Shown: in pieces, positions 46,666 to 56,635 of the stretch
Layout of the letters: every line of letters begins with the position of its first letter
Position numbering within the stretch: position 1 is the first letter of the stretch
Assembly: GCA_040753015.1 (NCBI GenBank)
Contig: JBFMHM010000004.1
Coordinates: forward strand, 10,853-74,852
DNA: 64,000 bases
Source: Candidatus Omnitrophota bacterium
GTDB taxonomy: Bacteria > Omnitrophota > Gorgyraeia > Gygaellales > JBFMHM01
Reading direction: 5' to 3'
Program-made: the position numbers and the translations under genes
The notes under the pieces: generated by a model
Database searches by the model: none
Told to the model about the DNA's origin: nothing
Seen by the model: the letters and a program-made list of their open reading frames with translations, nothing else

Positions 46666-48003
46666 TTAAGCTTTTGTAGTCAGATTCTCAAACCGAGTGT
46701 ATTCTTTAATAAATACTAAATTCATAGATCCAACCGGGCCATTTCTTTGCTTTGCGAGTATTACTTCAGCAAGCCCCTGATTTTCTTCTGTAGGATTGTA
46801 ATATTCTTCTCTCAATAATAAAACAACTACATCGGCGTCCTGTTCGATTGCGCCCGATTCCCTTAAATCAGAAAGCTGCGGCCTATGATCTGTGCGAGAT
46901 TCAACTGCGCGCGATAATTGGCTTATCGCGATAACAGGTACATTTAGCTCGCGAGCAAGCGCTTTTAATGATCGAGAGATTTCCGAAATTTCCTGCTGAC
47001 GATTATCTATCCCTTGAGTACCACGCATAAGCTGCATATAATCTAAAATTATTAATTTGATATCATATTGCGATTTCAAGCGCCTTGCCTTTGCGCGCAA
47101 CTCCATAACTGAAATTGCTGGCGTATCATCAATAAAAATGGGGGCCTCCGATAACTTACTCGCGGCTTGGGTAAGTTTTGGCCAGTCGGATGTTGATAAA
47201 AAACCAGTTCTAACCTTATGCGCATCAATCTTGGCATAAGAACATAAAAGTCTTTGCACAAGCTGCTCCTTTGACATCTCAAGACTAAAAAAAGCAACCG
47301 GGATCTTTTCAGTTAAAGCAGCATTTTCTGCAATATTAATTACAAAAGCAGACTTCCCCATTGAAGGACGTGCAGCGATAACAATTAAATCAGAATCTTG
47401 CAACCCGGCAGTCTTTATATCAAAATCGATGAAACCCGTAGGAATACCTGTAACATGCGCCTTTTTCTGATAAAGCCTATCGATTGTTTCAATACTATTT
47501 TTTATAATTTCTTTTATTAACAGAATTGAGCTATCTTTTTTTTGTGAAGCAATTTCAAAGATTAAGCTCTCTGCCCTGTCTAATAAGTCTAAAACATTAT
47601 TTTCTTTATCATAAGCCTCGGTGATTATCTGATTAGAATTATTAATTAAAGAACGTAATATGGATTTTTCTTTTACGATTTGGGTGTAATATTCAATATT
47701 CGCTGCAGACGGAACAAAATTAACAAGCTCTGTAATATAACTTGCTCCGCCTATGACATCAAGCTCACCTTTAGTTTTTAATTCGTCGACAAGGGTAATT
47801 AAATCAATGGCTTTATTTTTGTTATATAAACTTATAATCGATGAGAATATTTTTTTATGCGCATCTTTATAAAAAAATGCTGCATCAAGTTTCTCGCAGG
47901 CAATACTAACCGCGTCTTCTTCAAGAAGCATCGAACCAAGAACGGCCATTTCTGCTTCAATATTTTGAGGAGGGGTCTTAAGAGGCGTATCTATTGTTAG
48001 CAT
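46666..48003 (-). CDS. dnaB: Replicative DNA helicase (no intein)
   Basis: AARPSMGKS, SLEMS, DYMQLM, DLRESGAIEQDAD, KQRNG. Confidence 0.97.
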   Translation of the reverse strand: MLTIDTPLKTPPQNIEAEMAVLGSMLLEEDAVSIACEKLDAAFFYKDAHKKIFSSIISLYNKNKAIDLITLVDELKTKGELDVIGGASYITELVNFVPSAANIEYYTQIVKEKSILRSLINNSNQIITEAYDKENNVLDLLDRAESLIFEIASQKKDSSILLIKEIIKNSIETIDRLYQKKAHVTGIPTGFIDFDIKTAGLQDSDLIVIAARPSMGKSAFVINIAENAALTEKIPVAFFSLEMSKEQLVQRLLCSYAKIDAHKVRTGFLSTSDWPKLTQAASKLSEAPIFIDDTPAISVMELRAKARRLKSQYDIKLIILDYMQLMRGTQGIDNRQQEISEISRSLKALARELNVPVIAISQLSRAVESRTDHRPQLSDLRESGAIEQDADVVVLLLREEYYNPTEENQGLAEVILAKQRNGPVGSMNLVFIKEYTRFENLTTKA

Positions 48004-48009
48004 AATTTA

Positions 48010-48453
48010 TTATTTTTTAACTATCCAGAGTTTTATTTTTGCAATAACTTCTGGATGGAGCTTTAATTCTACTTCATAAATACCTAATGACTTTAACGGC
48101 TCATCTAGCAAAATTTGTCTTTCCTCAATAATAAAACCTTCTGATTTCAAACTATCTAGTATATCCCGCTTTGTTACGCTTCCATAAAGCTTCTCTTCAG
48201 CAGTTGTCTCAACTCCGATAGTACAAGAGACGCCAGAAATTTCTTTAGCTAATTTTATAGCCGCTTCTTTCTCCTTCTCTAAAACTACCTGCCTTTTTTT
48301 CTTTAAATTCTCGGCCTGCTTAACTGCCTCCGGTGTTGATGCAATAGCTAAGTTTTTTGGGAATAAAAAATTTCTTGCATACCCATCCTTCACATTAACT
48401 ATATCGCCTTGCCTACCTAAACCATTAATATCCTGACTAAGTATTACTTTCAT
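48010..48453 (-). CDS. rplI: 50S ribosomal protein L9
   Basis: MKVIL, VKDGYARNFLFP, KLYGSV. Confidence 0.95.
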   Translation of the reverse strand: MKVILSQDINGLGRQGDIVNVKDGYARNFLFPKNLAIASTPEAVKQAENLKKKRQVVLEKEKEAAIKLAKEISGVSCTIGVETTAEEKLYGSVTKRDILDSLKSEGFIIEERQILLDEPLKSLGIYEVELKLHPEVIAKIKLWIVKK

Positions 48454-48501
48454 AAACCTAACCTCTCGTTTAATATTTTGCACAAGGTTATATATAATAT
48501 C

Positions 48502-48762
48502 TTATTTACTAGGAAACAAAGCTAAGAATCGAGCACGCTTTATTGCTTCTGCCAGCCGCCTTTGATGCTTACTACAATTTCCTGAAATTCTTTTAGATAG
48601 AATTTTCCCACGCTCACTTAAAAATTGTGAAAGCCGATTAATATCCTTATAATCAATTGTGTCTTGCTTAGCTAAACAAAACTTACACTTTCTTTTTCTT
48701 GTGAATGAAGGATGCTGACTCTCCTGTCTTGGTTTTCTATATTCTCTTTTTTGAAATACCAT
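48502..48762 (-). CDS. rpsR: 30S ribosomal protein S18 (Zn-binding type)
   Basis: CKFC, IDYKD, SERGKI, CSKHQR. Confidence 0.96.
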   Translation of the reverse strand: MVFQKREYRKPRQESQHPSFTRKRKCKFCLAKQDTIDYKDINRLSQFLSERGKILSKRISGNCSKHQRRLAEAIKRARFLALFPSK

Positions 48763-48780
48763 GGTTAAAACCTCCTAATA

Positions 48781-49221
48781 TTACTCAATAGAACTTATAC
48801 TTTCCTCTTCACCAATAGATTCTGCAGATTGCGAATCTTCGTTATCCTGATTTCTCAAAGTACTAGCTACGCCCGATGGCTGGGTATTAGTATTTGGGCT
48901 TAAAAATTGAATGCGTTCGGCCCTTACTTCAACTACATTTCGCTTCTGGCCGCTTGCATCCTCCCATGAACGCGACTGCAGACGACCTTCTACAAAGATT
49001 GACTTACCTTTCTGTAAATATTGATTGCAGACTTCTGCCTGCTTATCCCAGGCAACGACTGTTATAAAACAAGTTTCATCCTTCATCTCACCGTTTCTAT
49101 CTTTAAATTTTCTATTCACCGCCATTCTTAAATTAACAACTGCAACACCTTGGGGTGTATAGCGAAGTTCCGGATCTTTGGTTAAATTACCAATTAATAG
49201 TATTTTATTCAAATTTGCCAT
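48781..49221 (-). CDS. ssb: Single-stranded DNA-binding protein
   Basis: LIGNLTKDPELRYT, VEGRLQSRSW. Confidence 0.95.
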   Translation of the reverse strand: MANLNKILLIGNLTKDPELRYTPQGVAVVNLRMAVNRKFKDRNGEMKDETCFITVVAWDKQAEVCNQYLQKGKSIFVEGRLQSRSWEDASGQKRNVVEVRAERIQFLSPNTNTQPSGVASTLRNQDNEDSQSAESIGEEESISSIE

Positions 49222-49231
49222 CTTATCCCCC

Positions 49232-49519
49232 CTATCCTTCTTTTATAATTTGTAGCCGCAAAATATCTTCGTTCAAACGGTAGTTTTCTTTTACAGAAAT
49301 AATCTTCAGAGGGTTTAATTCAAAATTGACTAAAAAATAATCAGCCTCATGAAACTTTTTTATAGGGAAATTTAATTTCTTTTTTTCTGCCCATACCGAA
49401 GAGCTCAAAATCTTGCCTTCATTTTTTGTTATCACATCTTGTATAACATCGAAAAGCGCTTTCTTTTTTGATTCACTTATATCCGATTTTGTAATAAACA
49501 TCGCTTCATACTTATTCAT
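49232..49519 (-). CDS. rpsF: 30S ribosomal protein S6
   Basis: YEAMFI, LNFPIKK, NEDILR; rpsF-ssb-rpsR order. Confidence 0.92.
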   Translation of the reverse strand: MNKYEAMFITKSDISESKKKALFDVIQDVITKNEGKILSSSVWAEKKKLNFPIKKFHEADYFLVNFELNPLKIISVKENYRLNEDILRLQIIKEG

Positions 49520-49542
49520 ATTTCTCCTCAATTTTTTTTGTT

Positions 49543-50094
49543 TTAATTATATTTATCCATTGCTTTTTTAATACCGAAATTATGCCAAAACATAGCTGCT
49601 TGGCTTGCATCTTCAATTAACTTTTCCAAACACCCTAATTCTTCTTTTCTAAACCTTGAAAGCACAAAATCGCTCGTGTCCATTCTACTATTTCTACCTA
49701 TACCAAAACGCAAACGGCAAAATTCTTTACTCTTTAGGGAATTGATTACTGACTCGACTCCTTTGTGTCCGCCGCTTGAAGAGCCAAAACTAAATTTTAT
49801 TCTGCCAAAATCTAAATCAACATCATCATAAATAATAAGTAACTTATTTAAATTAATATTATAATTTTTTATTAATTTAGATACTGCCCCTCCAGATAAA
49901 TTCATAAAGGTTTCTGGTTTTGCAAGGACGATTTCATTTTTTATATCTTTTCCCAAAGAACTATGTGAAATTTTATCTTTTCTAAATTTTATGCCTGAAT
50001 CCTTAGCAAGTTTATCGAGAATAATGAAACCAATATTATGACGCGTATATTTATATTCTAAACCGGGATTACCCAGCCCTATTATCAATTCCAT
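49543..50094 (-). CDS. pth: Peptidyl-tRNA hydrolase
   Basis: GLGNPG, TRHNIGF, FMNLSG, GGHKG. Confidence 0.96.
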   Translation of the reverse strand: MELIIGLGNPGLEYKYTRHNIGFIILDKLAKDSGIKFRKDKISHSSLGKDIKNEIVLAKPETFMNLSGGAVSKLIKNYNINLNKLLIIYDDVDLDFGRIKFSFGSSSGGHKGVESVINSLKSKEFCRLRFGIGRNSRMDTSDFVLSRFRKEELGCLEKLIEDASQAAMFWHNFGIKKAMDKYN

Positions 50095-50105
50095 TATAAA
50101 AAGAC

Positions 50106-50816
50106 TTACTTTTTCTCTTCCTTTTCTTTTGGTGCTTGGGCTTGAGCCTCTTCTTCAGTCTTTGGTTTCTTTTCTTTAATTACCTCTGGCTCCTGAGGCG
50201 CAGCACCACCCGCCAATTCTTCAGTAGACGCTGCTGTTTCTTTAGCAGGCGGCAAAACAGTTAAAACTGGTGCATTCAAATCAGATAATATCTTAATATC
50301 GGAGGCGACTTTTAGATCTTTCACAAGTATAGCATCCCCAATTTTAAGATTAGTCACATCTGCTTCTATATTTTCAGGAATACTTGTTGGCAAACACTCA
50401 AGTTCGACTTCCCACATAACATGATCAAGCGTACCACCATCCTGCTTAACCCCAATAGCTTCACCACGGGCACTAACAGGCACTTTTACCTTAATTACCT
50501 TCGTTAAGGAAATCTGGCAAAAATCAATATGTATTATTTTATCGCTAACTGGATGATATTGTATTTCTTTTATCATTACCGGAACCGGCTTAGACTCTTT
50601 ACCATCTTTCTTTACTATATCCAGCTTTAAAACCGCATTCTCAATATGATGCCCGTGCATGAGCTTATTAAGATCAGCATAATTTACTTGCAAAGACCGG
50701 CTTTTACCTTTATCTGGATAAACAACAGCTGGTATGATCCCTGCCTTACGCAATCTGTTTAGGCTACCTTTACTTGAACCATCTCGTTCTTCTACCTTTA
50801 ATATTAATTCTTCCAT
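50106..50816 (-). CDS. rplY: 50S ribosomal protein L25/Ctc
   Basis: RLRKAGIIPAVVY, IHIDF, long Ctc form. Confidence 0.94.
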   Translation of the reverse strand: MEELILKVEERDGSSKGSLNRLRKAGIIPAVVYPDKGKSRSLQVNYADLNKLMHGHHIENAVLKLDIVKKDGKESKPVPVMIKEIQYHPVSDKIIHIDFCQISLTKVIKVKVPVSARGEAIGVKQDGGTLDHVMWEVELECLPTSIPENIEADVTNLKIGDAILVKDLKVASDIKILSDLNAPVLTVLPPAKETAASTEELAGGAAPQEPEVIKEKKPKTEEEAQAQAPKEKEEKK

Positions 50817-50846
50817 TTTATTGCCTTCACCTTGTTTTATAAGTTG

Positions 50847-51785
50847 TTAAACGAATAATGAGCTAATTGATTCTTCGCTATGAATCCTTTTTATTGCCTC
50901 GGCAAGTAGGCCTGCTATCGACAACTGCCTAATCCTAGAGTGCTTTTTATGATCATCCAAAGGAATGCTATCTGTAATAATAAGCTCCTTAAGGTTAACG
51001 CATGCGTCAACCTTGCTTATTGCCGGGCCTGATAAAACACCATGGCTAATTGCAGCATATATTGATTTTGCGCCTTCTTTTTTTAAAACATCAACTGCCT
51101 CAATTAACGAACTACCGGTTGCAATAATATCATCAACAATAACCAAATTTTTATCTTTCACATCTCCAAGTATATGCATCGCCTCTGTTGACTCTGGGCT
51201 AACCCGCCTCTTATCAACTATAGCAAGGCCGGCGGAAAGCCTCTTTGCATAAGCCCTTGCCATCTTTATACTTCCAACATCCGGAGAAACAACAACTAAA
51301 TCCTTTAAGTTCATCTTTTTGAAATAATCTTCGAAAACATTTACAGCATATAGGTTATCAAGAGGAATGTCAAAAAAACCCTGAATCTGATCAGCATGTA
51401 AATCAAGCGTAAGCACTCTATCTGCGCCTGAAACAGTTAGAAGATTGGCAACAAGTTTTGCAGTTATAGGAACACGCGGCTGATCTTTTCTATCTTGCCT
51501 AGCATAACCATAATAAGGAATTACGGCTGTAATCCTCTGCGCAGAAGCGCGTTTTAAAGCGTCAATAATAATAAGCATCTCCATCAAATTTTCATTAACC
51601 GGCGGACAGGTTGGCTGAACCAAAAAAACATCTTTACCTCTAACATTATCGTTAATTTTTACACGAATCTCCCCTTCAGAGAACCGGCTCACAAACGCAT
51701 TAGCTATTGTAACATTAAGATTTTCACAAATACTTAATGCAAGCTCCCTATGGGCATTACCAGTAACTATTGTTAACTTATTCAC
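50847..51785 (-). CDS. prs: Ribose-phosphate pyrophosphokinase
   Basis: YYGYARQDRK, DLHADQIQGFF, VDDIIATG. Confidence 0.97.
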   Translation of the reverse strand: MNKLTIVTGNAHRELALSICENLNVTIANAFVSRFSEGEIRVKINDNVRGKDVFLVQPTCPPVNENLMEMLIIIDALKRASAQRITAVIPYYGYARQDRKDQPRVPITAKLVANLLTVSGADRVLTLDLHADQIQGFFDIPLDNLYAVNVFEDYFKKMNLKDLVVVSPDVGSIKMARAYAKRLSAGLAIVDKRRVSPESTEAMHILGDVKDKNLVIVDDIIATGSSLIEAVDVLKKEGAKSIYAAISHGVLSGPAISKVDACVNLKELIITDSIPLDDHKKHSRIRQLSIAGLLAEAIKRIHSEESISSLFV

Positions 51786-53032
51786 TTTATCCTCCTGGCC
51801 GGCACACCAATAACTACCTGTTTGTCTTTTACGTCTTTAGTAACCACACAACCTGCTCCAGTAACAGCTTTTTTACCAACTTTCACTGGAGCAACTAAAA
51901 TAGAATCAGAACCGATGAATGCACCATCGCCAATCAAGGTTTTATTTTTATTAACACCATCATAGTTTGCCGTAACTGTACCGGCGCCAATATTTACATT
52001 TCTACCAATATTAGTATCGCCTAAATAACTAAAATGCTTAACTAAAGTATTAATGTCAATTGAGGAGCGGTTTATTTCAGTGAAATTACCAATACAAACT
52101 CCTGGTTTAAGGCGAGTACCCGGCCGAAGATGGCAAAAAGGTCCAAGCTTACAATTTCGACCAATTCTAACATCTTTTTCTATAACTGTAAAGGGATAAA
52201 TTATCGTACCTTTACCTATCAAAACATCTTCATCGATAAAAGTAGTCTGGGGGCTTTTTATGTCTAATCCGTTATCAATAAATCTATAGATAATTTCTAA
52301 ACGCCTGGCCTCTTGGGCACAGCTCAAATCCCGTCGCGAATTAATTCCAAATACTTCATTATCATCCTCCAAAACAAACCCACCTAATTTTAAATTACTT
52401 CGGTACAAAAGATCTATAATATCAGTTAAATAGAATTCTTTTTTCTTCTGGTTAAGCTTAATCTCATCAATGAATTTAAAAAGAACATCATTCTTAAAAC
52501 ACATAATACCAGTATTAATCTCATCTAGATTTTTTTGTTCGGCACTTAAATCTTTATCTTCTACAATCGAGAGAATCTCACCTGATGCATTACGGATAAT
52601 CCTACCAAAACCTTTAGGGTTCTGTACTTTGGCAGTTAAAACTGTACAATCATTTAAATTTTTTCTATGATAATCTATTAATGCCTTAAGGGTTTCTTTT
52701 TTTATTAAAGGCATATCTACATAAATTATTAATGTATCGCCAGAAAAATTTTTCAATATATCCTTTGTAGATCTAATAGCGTCTGCCGTACCGAGTAATT
52801 TTTTCTGTTCAACCGTAATTATACCCTTATATTTTTTCAAAGAGCCTATAACTTTCTCTTTCTGAAAACCAACGATAATAGCAATCTTATTCGGAAATAA
52901 CCTTACCGCTTTTTTAAGACTAATCTCTAAAAGCGTTTCACCACAAACTGTATGAAGGGCTTTTGCCAAATTTGACTTAAGCCGAGTGCCCTTTCCCGCC
53001 GCCAAAATTATGGCTGCTAATTTTTTTTTCAT
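51782..53032 (-). CDS. glmU: Bifunctional GlmU
   Basis: LAAGKGTRLKS, EFYLTD, HFSYLGD, NYDGVNK. Confidence 0.94.
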   Translation of the reverse strand: MKKKLAAIILAAGKGTRLKSNLAKALHTVCGETLLEISLKKAVRLFPNKIAIIVGFQKEKVIGSLKKYKGIITVEQKKLLGTADAIRSTKDILKNFSGDTLIIYVDMPLIKKETLKALIDYHRKNLNDCTVLTAKVQNPKGFGRIIRNASGEILSIVEDKDLSAEQKNLDEINTGIMCFKNDVLFKFIDEIKLNQKKKEFYLTDIIDLLYRSNLKLGGFVLEDDNEVFGINSRRDLSCAQEARRLEIIYRFIDNGLDIKSPQTTFIDEDVLIGKGTIIYPFTVIEKDVRIGRNCKLGPFCHLRPGTRLKPGVCIGNFTEINRSSIDINTLVKHFSYLGDTNIGRNVNIGAGTVTANYDGVNKNKTLIGDGAFIGSDSILVAPVKVGKKAVTGAGCVVTKDVKDKQVVIGVPARRIK

Positions 53033-53045
53033 ATCATTTGTACTA

Positions 53046-53861
53046 TTATAAACCAGAATCAGTAATGCCCGGTTCTGTTTCTGAAATCAATATCATGATT
53101 TTATAAGGAAATCCTGGAGGAGGCGTAAAATCATATTTAATCCAAAACTCTTTTGAATTCTCTTTTTCGCCAACAATCCACTTCTCTACTATAATTGTAT
53201 TGCCCTCTTTTTGTCTAATTCGCTCAACGAAAATTGGCGTAATATATTTATATCCCAGAATAATTGACTGTTTTTCTATGGCCGCTATAGTGTCTTTAAT
53301 TAATGCCTCGTCGCCAATAGGATAACCTTTAATTGTAATTATTATTTTCTTATCGGAATCAACGCTCGATTTATACTCTAATTCTAGTTTTAATTCTTGC
53401 TCTTTTATAATGTTCAGATGTTCTCCTACAAAATCACCTTTTAAAGCATTATAAGTATCCTTCGTATACCCTAATTCCTTTGCGCGCTCATAGTATAATT
53501 TAGCCTCAGCTATCTCTCCATCATTAATAAGCATACCCGCCAAATAGTATAAAGCTCTTTTGTGTTCAGGGAAAATATGGATAGCTTTTTTAAAATTATC
53601 AATAGCTTCTTGATTGTTGCCCTTCTTGCCATATAATACCCCGATATCAAAAAAAGCCTCGCTATATGTTTGTACATAATAATCGCTAGGGAGATTAGCT
53701 GGATCTGAGTTAACTACTTTATAAAACTCATTGATTGCTTCATCCTCCATGCCTTGTTGGGAGTATTGCATACCTTTTTGAAAATAATTTTCGACTTCCT
53801 CCATCGTAGAAGCAAAAACAAGGCTAGGTGCTAAAATTAATAATACCAGCAATTTTATCAT
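53046..53861 (-). CDS. Secreted TPR protein (start revised to ATG 53861)
   Basis: Signal peptide and three TPR-like repeats. Confidence 0.75.
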   Translation of the reverse strand: MIKLLVLLILAPSLVFASTMEEVENYFQKGMQYSQQGMEDEAINEFYKVVNSDPANLPSDYYVQTYSEAFFDIGVLYGKKGNNQEAIDNFKKAIHIFPEHKRALYYLAGMLINDGEIAEAKLYYERAKELGYTKDTYNALKGDFVGEHLNIIKEQELKLELEYKSSVDSDKKIIITIKGYPIGDEALIKDTIAAIEKQSIILGYKYITPIFVERIRQKEGNTIIVEKWIVGEKENSKEFWIKYDFTPPPGFPYKIMILISETEPGITDSGL

Positions 53862-53868
53862 ATTTAAA

Positions 53869-54213
53869 TTAAAAATTAATGAGACCTGATAACATTTTAC
53901 AAATTTCATCTAAACTTTCCTTATAAATTTCAGCCTTTTTACCTTCGATTAAACTCTTTCGTTTACAAACTTCAATAATTGGTACGCACTCAAAAGCTGA
54001 ACCTCGGGCTATTCTGAAAAAATTTATCCTATCAGCTTTATGATACCTGCCATTGCCCTCAGCTATATTTGTTGCAATGGATAACGAAGCACGATTTAAT
54101 TGATCAACAAGATAATAATTACCTTTTGGAAATGTCTCTGTTAAATTAGTAATCTCATCTGCTAGCGCAATCGATTTTTTATAAACTTCAAGATTCTCAA
54201 ACAAAAACGGCAT
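53869..54213 (-). CDS. Four helix bundle protein (bAvd/23S-IVP-like family; start revised to ATG 54213)
   Basis: FENLEVYKKS, DQLNRASLSIATNIAEG, IARGSAFEC. Confidence 0.9.
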   Translation of the reverse strand: MPFLFENLEVYKKSIALADEITNLTETFPKGNYYLVDQLNRASLSIATNIAEGNGRYHKADRINFFRIARGSAFECVPIIEVCKRKSLIEGKKAEIYKESLDEICKMLSGLINF

Positions 54214-54220
54214 ATTTTTT

Positions 54221-54297
54221 GAACAATAGAACAATTGATAATAGAACGCAATTGAGCTTTTTGTCTATTGTTCTATTTTCTATTGCTCAATTGCTCT
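54221..54297. repeat. Inverted array of degenerate 7-8-mers (AACAATAG/AGCAATTG type)
   Basis: Four units, a short spacer, then four reverse-complement units. Confidence 0.75.
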
Positions 54298-54328
54298 ACT
54301 AAAAATTTTACAGCATTAAAATTTTTAG

Positions 54329-54399
54329 TTGCCCGGTGAGGATTCGAACCTCAACAACGAGATCCAAATTCTCGAGTGCTACCATTACACTACCGGGCA
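54329..54399 (-). tRNA. tRNA-Gln(TTG)
   Basis: Stem CGAGA/TCTCG, loop AT-TTG-GA; usual ispE-tRNA-Gln-prs context. Confidence 0.92.
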
Positions 54400-54405
54400 A
54401 TTAGT

Positions 54406-54825
54406 TTATAAATCGCCTAATTCCTCGCGAGATTCACCCATATGAGCTGAAGATGGCACTGAACTTTCTTTCTCAAATGCATCAATAACTTTTTTCTGTA
54501 AATATTCACGAAATGTTTGCGTAATCGGATGGCAAATATCTTTATGTTCACTTTCTGTATCGCTTACGCTTACTGGCCTTTGCATTTGAGGCAATTGGGC
54601 ACCGCATTGATTACAAAATTTACTTCTAGATTCATTACGGAAACCACATTTTGAACATGGCTGCTTTACTTTTCTTGAAGGCATAGCAATAAATAAACCG
54701 CTAGTCCCCTGGATTACTTTAATATTTCTAACAACAAATGCGCTATCAAATGTAACTGTTGCATATGCCCTTAATTTTTTGTCCTGACTCTCTCTAGGAA
54801 AAATCCTAACTTCGGTGATTTCCAT
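54406..54825 (-). CDS. spoVG: SpoVG-family regulator with inserted Zn ribbon
   Basis: MEITEVRI, LFIAMPSRK, CSKC..CNQC, DICHPI. Confidence 0.92.
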   Translation of the reverse strand: MEITEVRIFPRESQDKKLRAYATVTFDSAFVVRNIKVIQGTSGLFIAMPSRKVKQPCSKCGFRNESRSKFCNQCGAQLPQMQRPVSVSDTESEHKDICHPITQTFREYLQKKVIDAFEKESSVPSSAHMGESREELGDL

Positions 54826-54851
54826 ATAATGCCTCCTTAAAAGATGAATAA

Positions 54852-55709
54852 TTAGTATGTTTTTACAATATATACCTGCCCAACTTTGCCTTTCTTCAGC
54901 TGTTTATATATATTATCTGCCTCCTTTCTCGAGTTCACTATACCAAAGACCGCGCTCCCACTTCCACTCATAAGTCTATATTTTACATTAAGTTGCGAAA
55001 ATTTATCTTTTATCCTCATAATCCGTGGATCTACAATAGATTCAAAAGAATTAAACAAATTATTTTTTAAAAAATTTTTATTTATCTGCCGAATTTTAAG
55101 GCATTTAATTTTAACACTCTGAGCTTCTTTTGTCAATCGCAAATAATCATCAAATTTATGATACATTTTACTAGTAAGATTTTTGAAATATGGTGCAACC
55201 AAAACATGCCAAAATTTAATATTCTTATGTTTTAATATAGGCGTCAATCTATCTCCACGCCCCAGGCCTAAAGCAAACCTAGAATTTAAAACAAAAAATG
55301 ACACATCTGAGCCAATTATTCGCGCTAAATTAAGCAATTCGCCAAGGCTCAACTTTAGTCTAAAAATTTTATTTAAAGCTAGAATCACCGTTGCAGCATT
55401 ACTAGAAGCTCCTCCTAAACCTGCGCCGATAGGTATTATTTTTTTTATTTTTATATTAATACCTGCTTCTATATGAAATTTATTTTTAATTAAAAGGGCT
55501 GCTTGGTAAGCGAGGTTTGATTTTAAAGGGCAAATTGGCCTATCGGAATAAATTTTAATTACACCTGAATTATTTATGCTAATACGGATTTCGTCGCATA
55601 AATTGATTCTTTCAAAAATTGTTTCTAAATTATGAAAGCCATCTTTTCTTCTATTTTTTATTTTTAGAAATAGGTTTAATTTTGCTGGCGAGTGAAACTT
55701 AAAAATCAT
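54852..55709 (-). CDS. ispE: 4-diphosphocytidyl-2-C-methyl-D-erythritol kinase
   Basis: PAKLNLFL, IPIGAGLGGASSNAA, MSGSGS. Confidence 0.95.
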   Translation of the reverse strand: MIFKFHSPAKLNLFLKIKNRRKDGFHNLETIFERINLCDEIRISINNSGVIKIYSDRPICPLKSNLAYQAALLIKNKFHIEAGINIKIKKIIPIGAGLGGASSNAATVILALNKIFRLKLSLGELLNLARIIGSDVSFFVLNSRFALGLGRGDRLTPILKHKNIKFWHVLVAPYFKNLTSKMYHKFDDYLRLTKEAQSVKIKCLKIRQINKNFLKNNLFNSFESIVDPRIMRIKDKFSQLNVKYRLMSGSGSAVFGIVNSRKEADNIYKQLKKGKVGQVYIVKTY

Positions 55710-56635
55710 TTAAGTAGGGTATACGCTGCCTTTACAATATCGTCACTTGTTAAATTGTATTCTTTAAATAGTTCTTTTGGAGTCCCAGACTGGCCAAATC
55801 TATTCTTAACAGCTACCCGCAAAACTTTGGCAGGATTATTTTCTGAAACAATTTCATCTACCGCAGACGCAAGACCACCTGAAATCTGATGCTCTTCGCA
55901 AACAATAATACCTTTAGTTTGACGCGCCGCATCTAAAACTGCATCTTTATCTAAAGGTTTAATTGTATGCATATTAATTACTCGTGCATTAATATTTTCT
56001 TTCTTTAAGCTTTCGGCAGCTGAAATTGCTGCTTCAACCATAATACCACAGGCAATAATGGCTAGATCGTTACCCTCATACAACTTATAAGATTTACCCA
56101 ATTCAAATTTTTGTCTTCCTTCAATGCTGTTTACTTTTGCCCTGCCTAATCTTATATAAAACGGGCCGGGAGTATTAAAAGCTGTAACTATTGCTTCTTT
56201 GGTTTCAGGGCCATCACAAGGAACTATTATTTTCATATTAGGTATTACGCGCATAAGAGCTATATCCTCTAAAGCTTGATGACTTGCCCCATCCTCTCCA
56301 ACACTAACGCCTGCATGTGTCGCAACGATTTTAACATTCAAATCATTATAACAAATCGTATTCCTTACCTGATCCCATGCCCGCCCGGTTGCAAAGATTG
56401 CAAATGTAGATGCAAAGACGATTTTACCGGAACTCGCCAGGCCTGCTGCTGTGGCCATCATATTTTGTTCAGCAACGCCAAAATTAAAAAATCTACTAGG
56501 ATAGGCCTTATTAAAAAGCGCTGTCCTTGTTGAATTGGATAAATCTGAATCAACAACAACTATATTATGGCTAGATTTACCTAATTCTACCAAGGTTTGA
56601 CCATAGACATCTCTTTGATATAATGCTTCTGCCAT
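55706..56635 (-). CDS. Transketolase, C-terminal subunit
   Basis: GVAEQNM, GEDGASHQ, EEHQISGGL. Confidence 0.92.
   Translation of the reverse strand: MAEALYQRDVYGQTLVELGKSSHNIVVVDSDLSNSTRTALFNKAYPSRFFNFGVAEQNMMATAAGLASSGKIVFASTFAIFATGRAWDQVRNTICYNDLNVKIVATHAGVSVGEDGASHQALEDIALMRVIPNMKIIVPCDGPETKEAIVTAFNTPGPFYIRLGRAKVNSIEGRQKFELGKSYKLYEGNDLAIIACGIMVEAAISAAESLKKENINARVINMHTIKPLDKDAVLDAARQTKGIIVCEEHQISGGLASAVDEIVSENNPAKVLRVAVKNRFGQSGTPKELFKEYNLTSDDIVKAAYTLLK

Noticed and set aside
53869-54300. Diversity-generating retroelement (Avd-like gene)
   Set aside because: No reverse transcriptase and no TR/VR pair seen in the window
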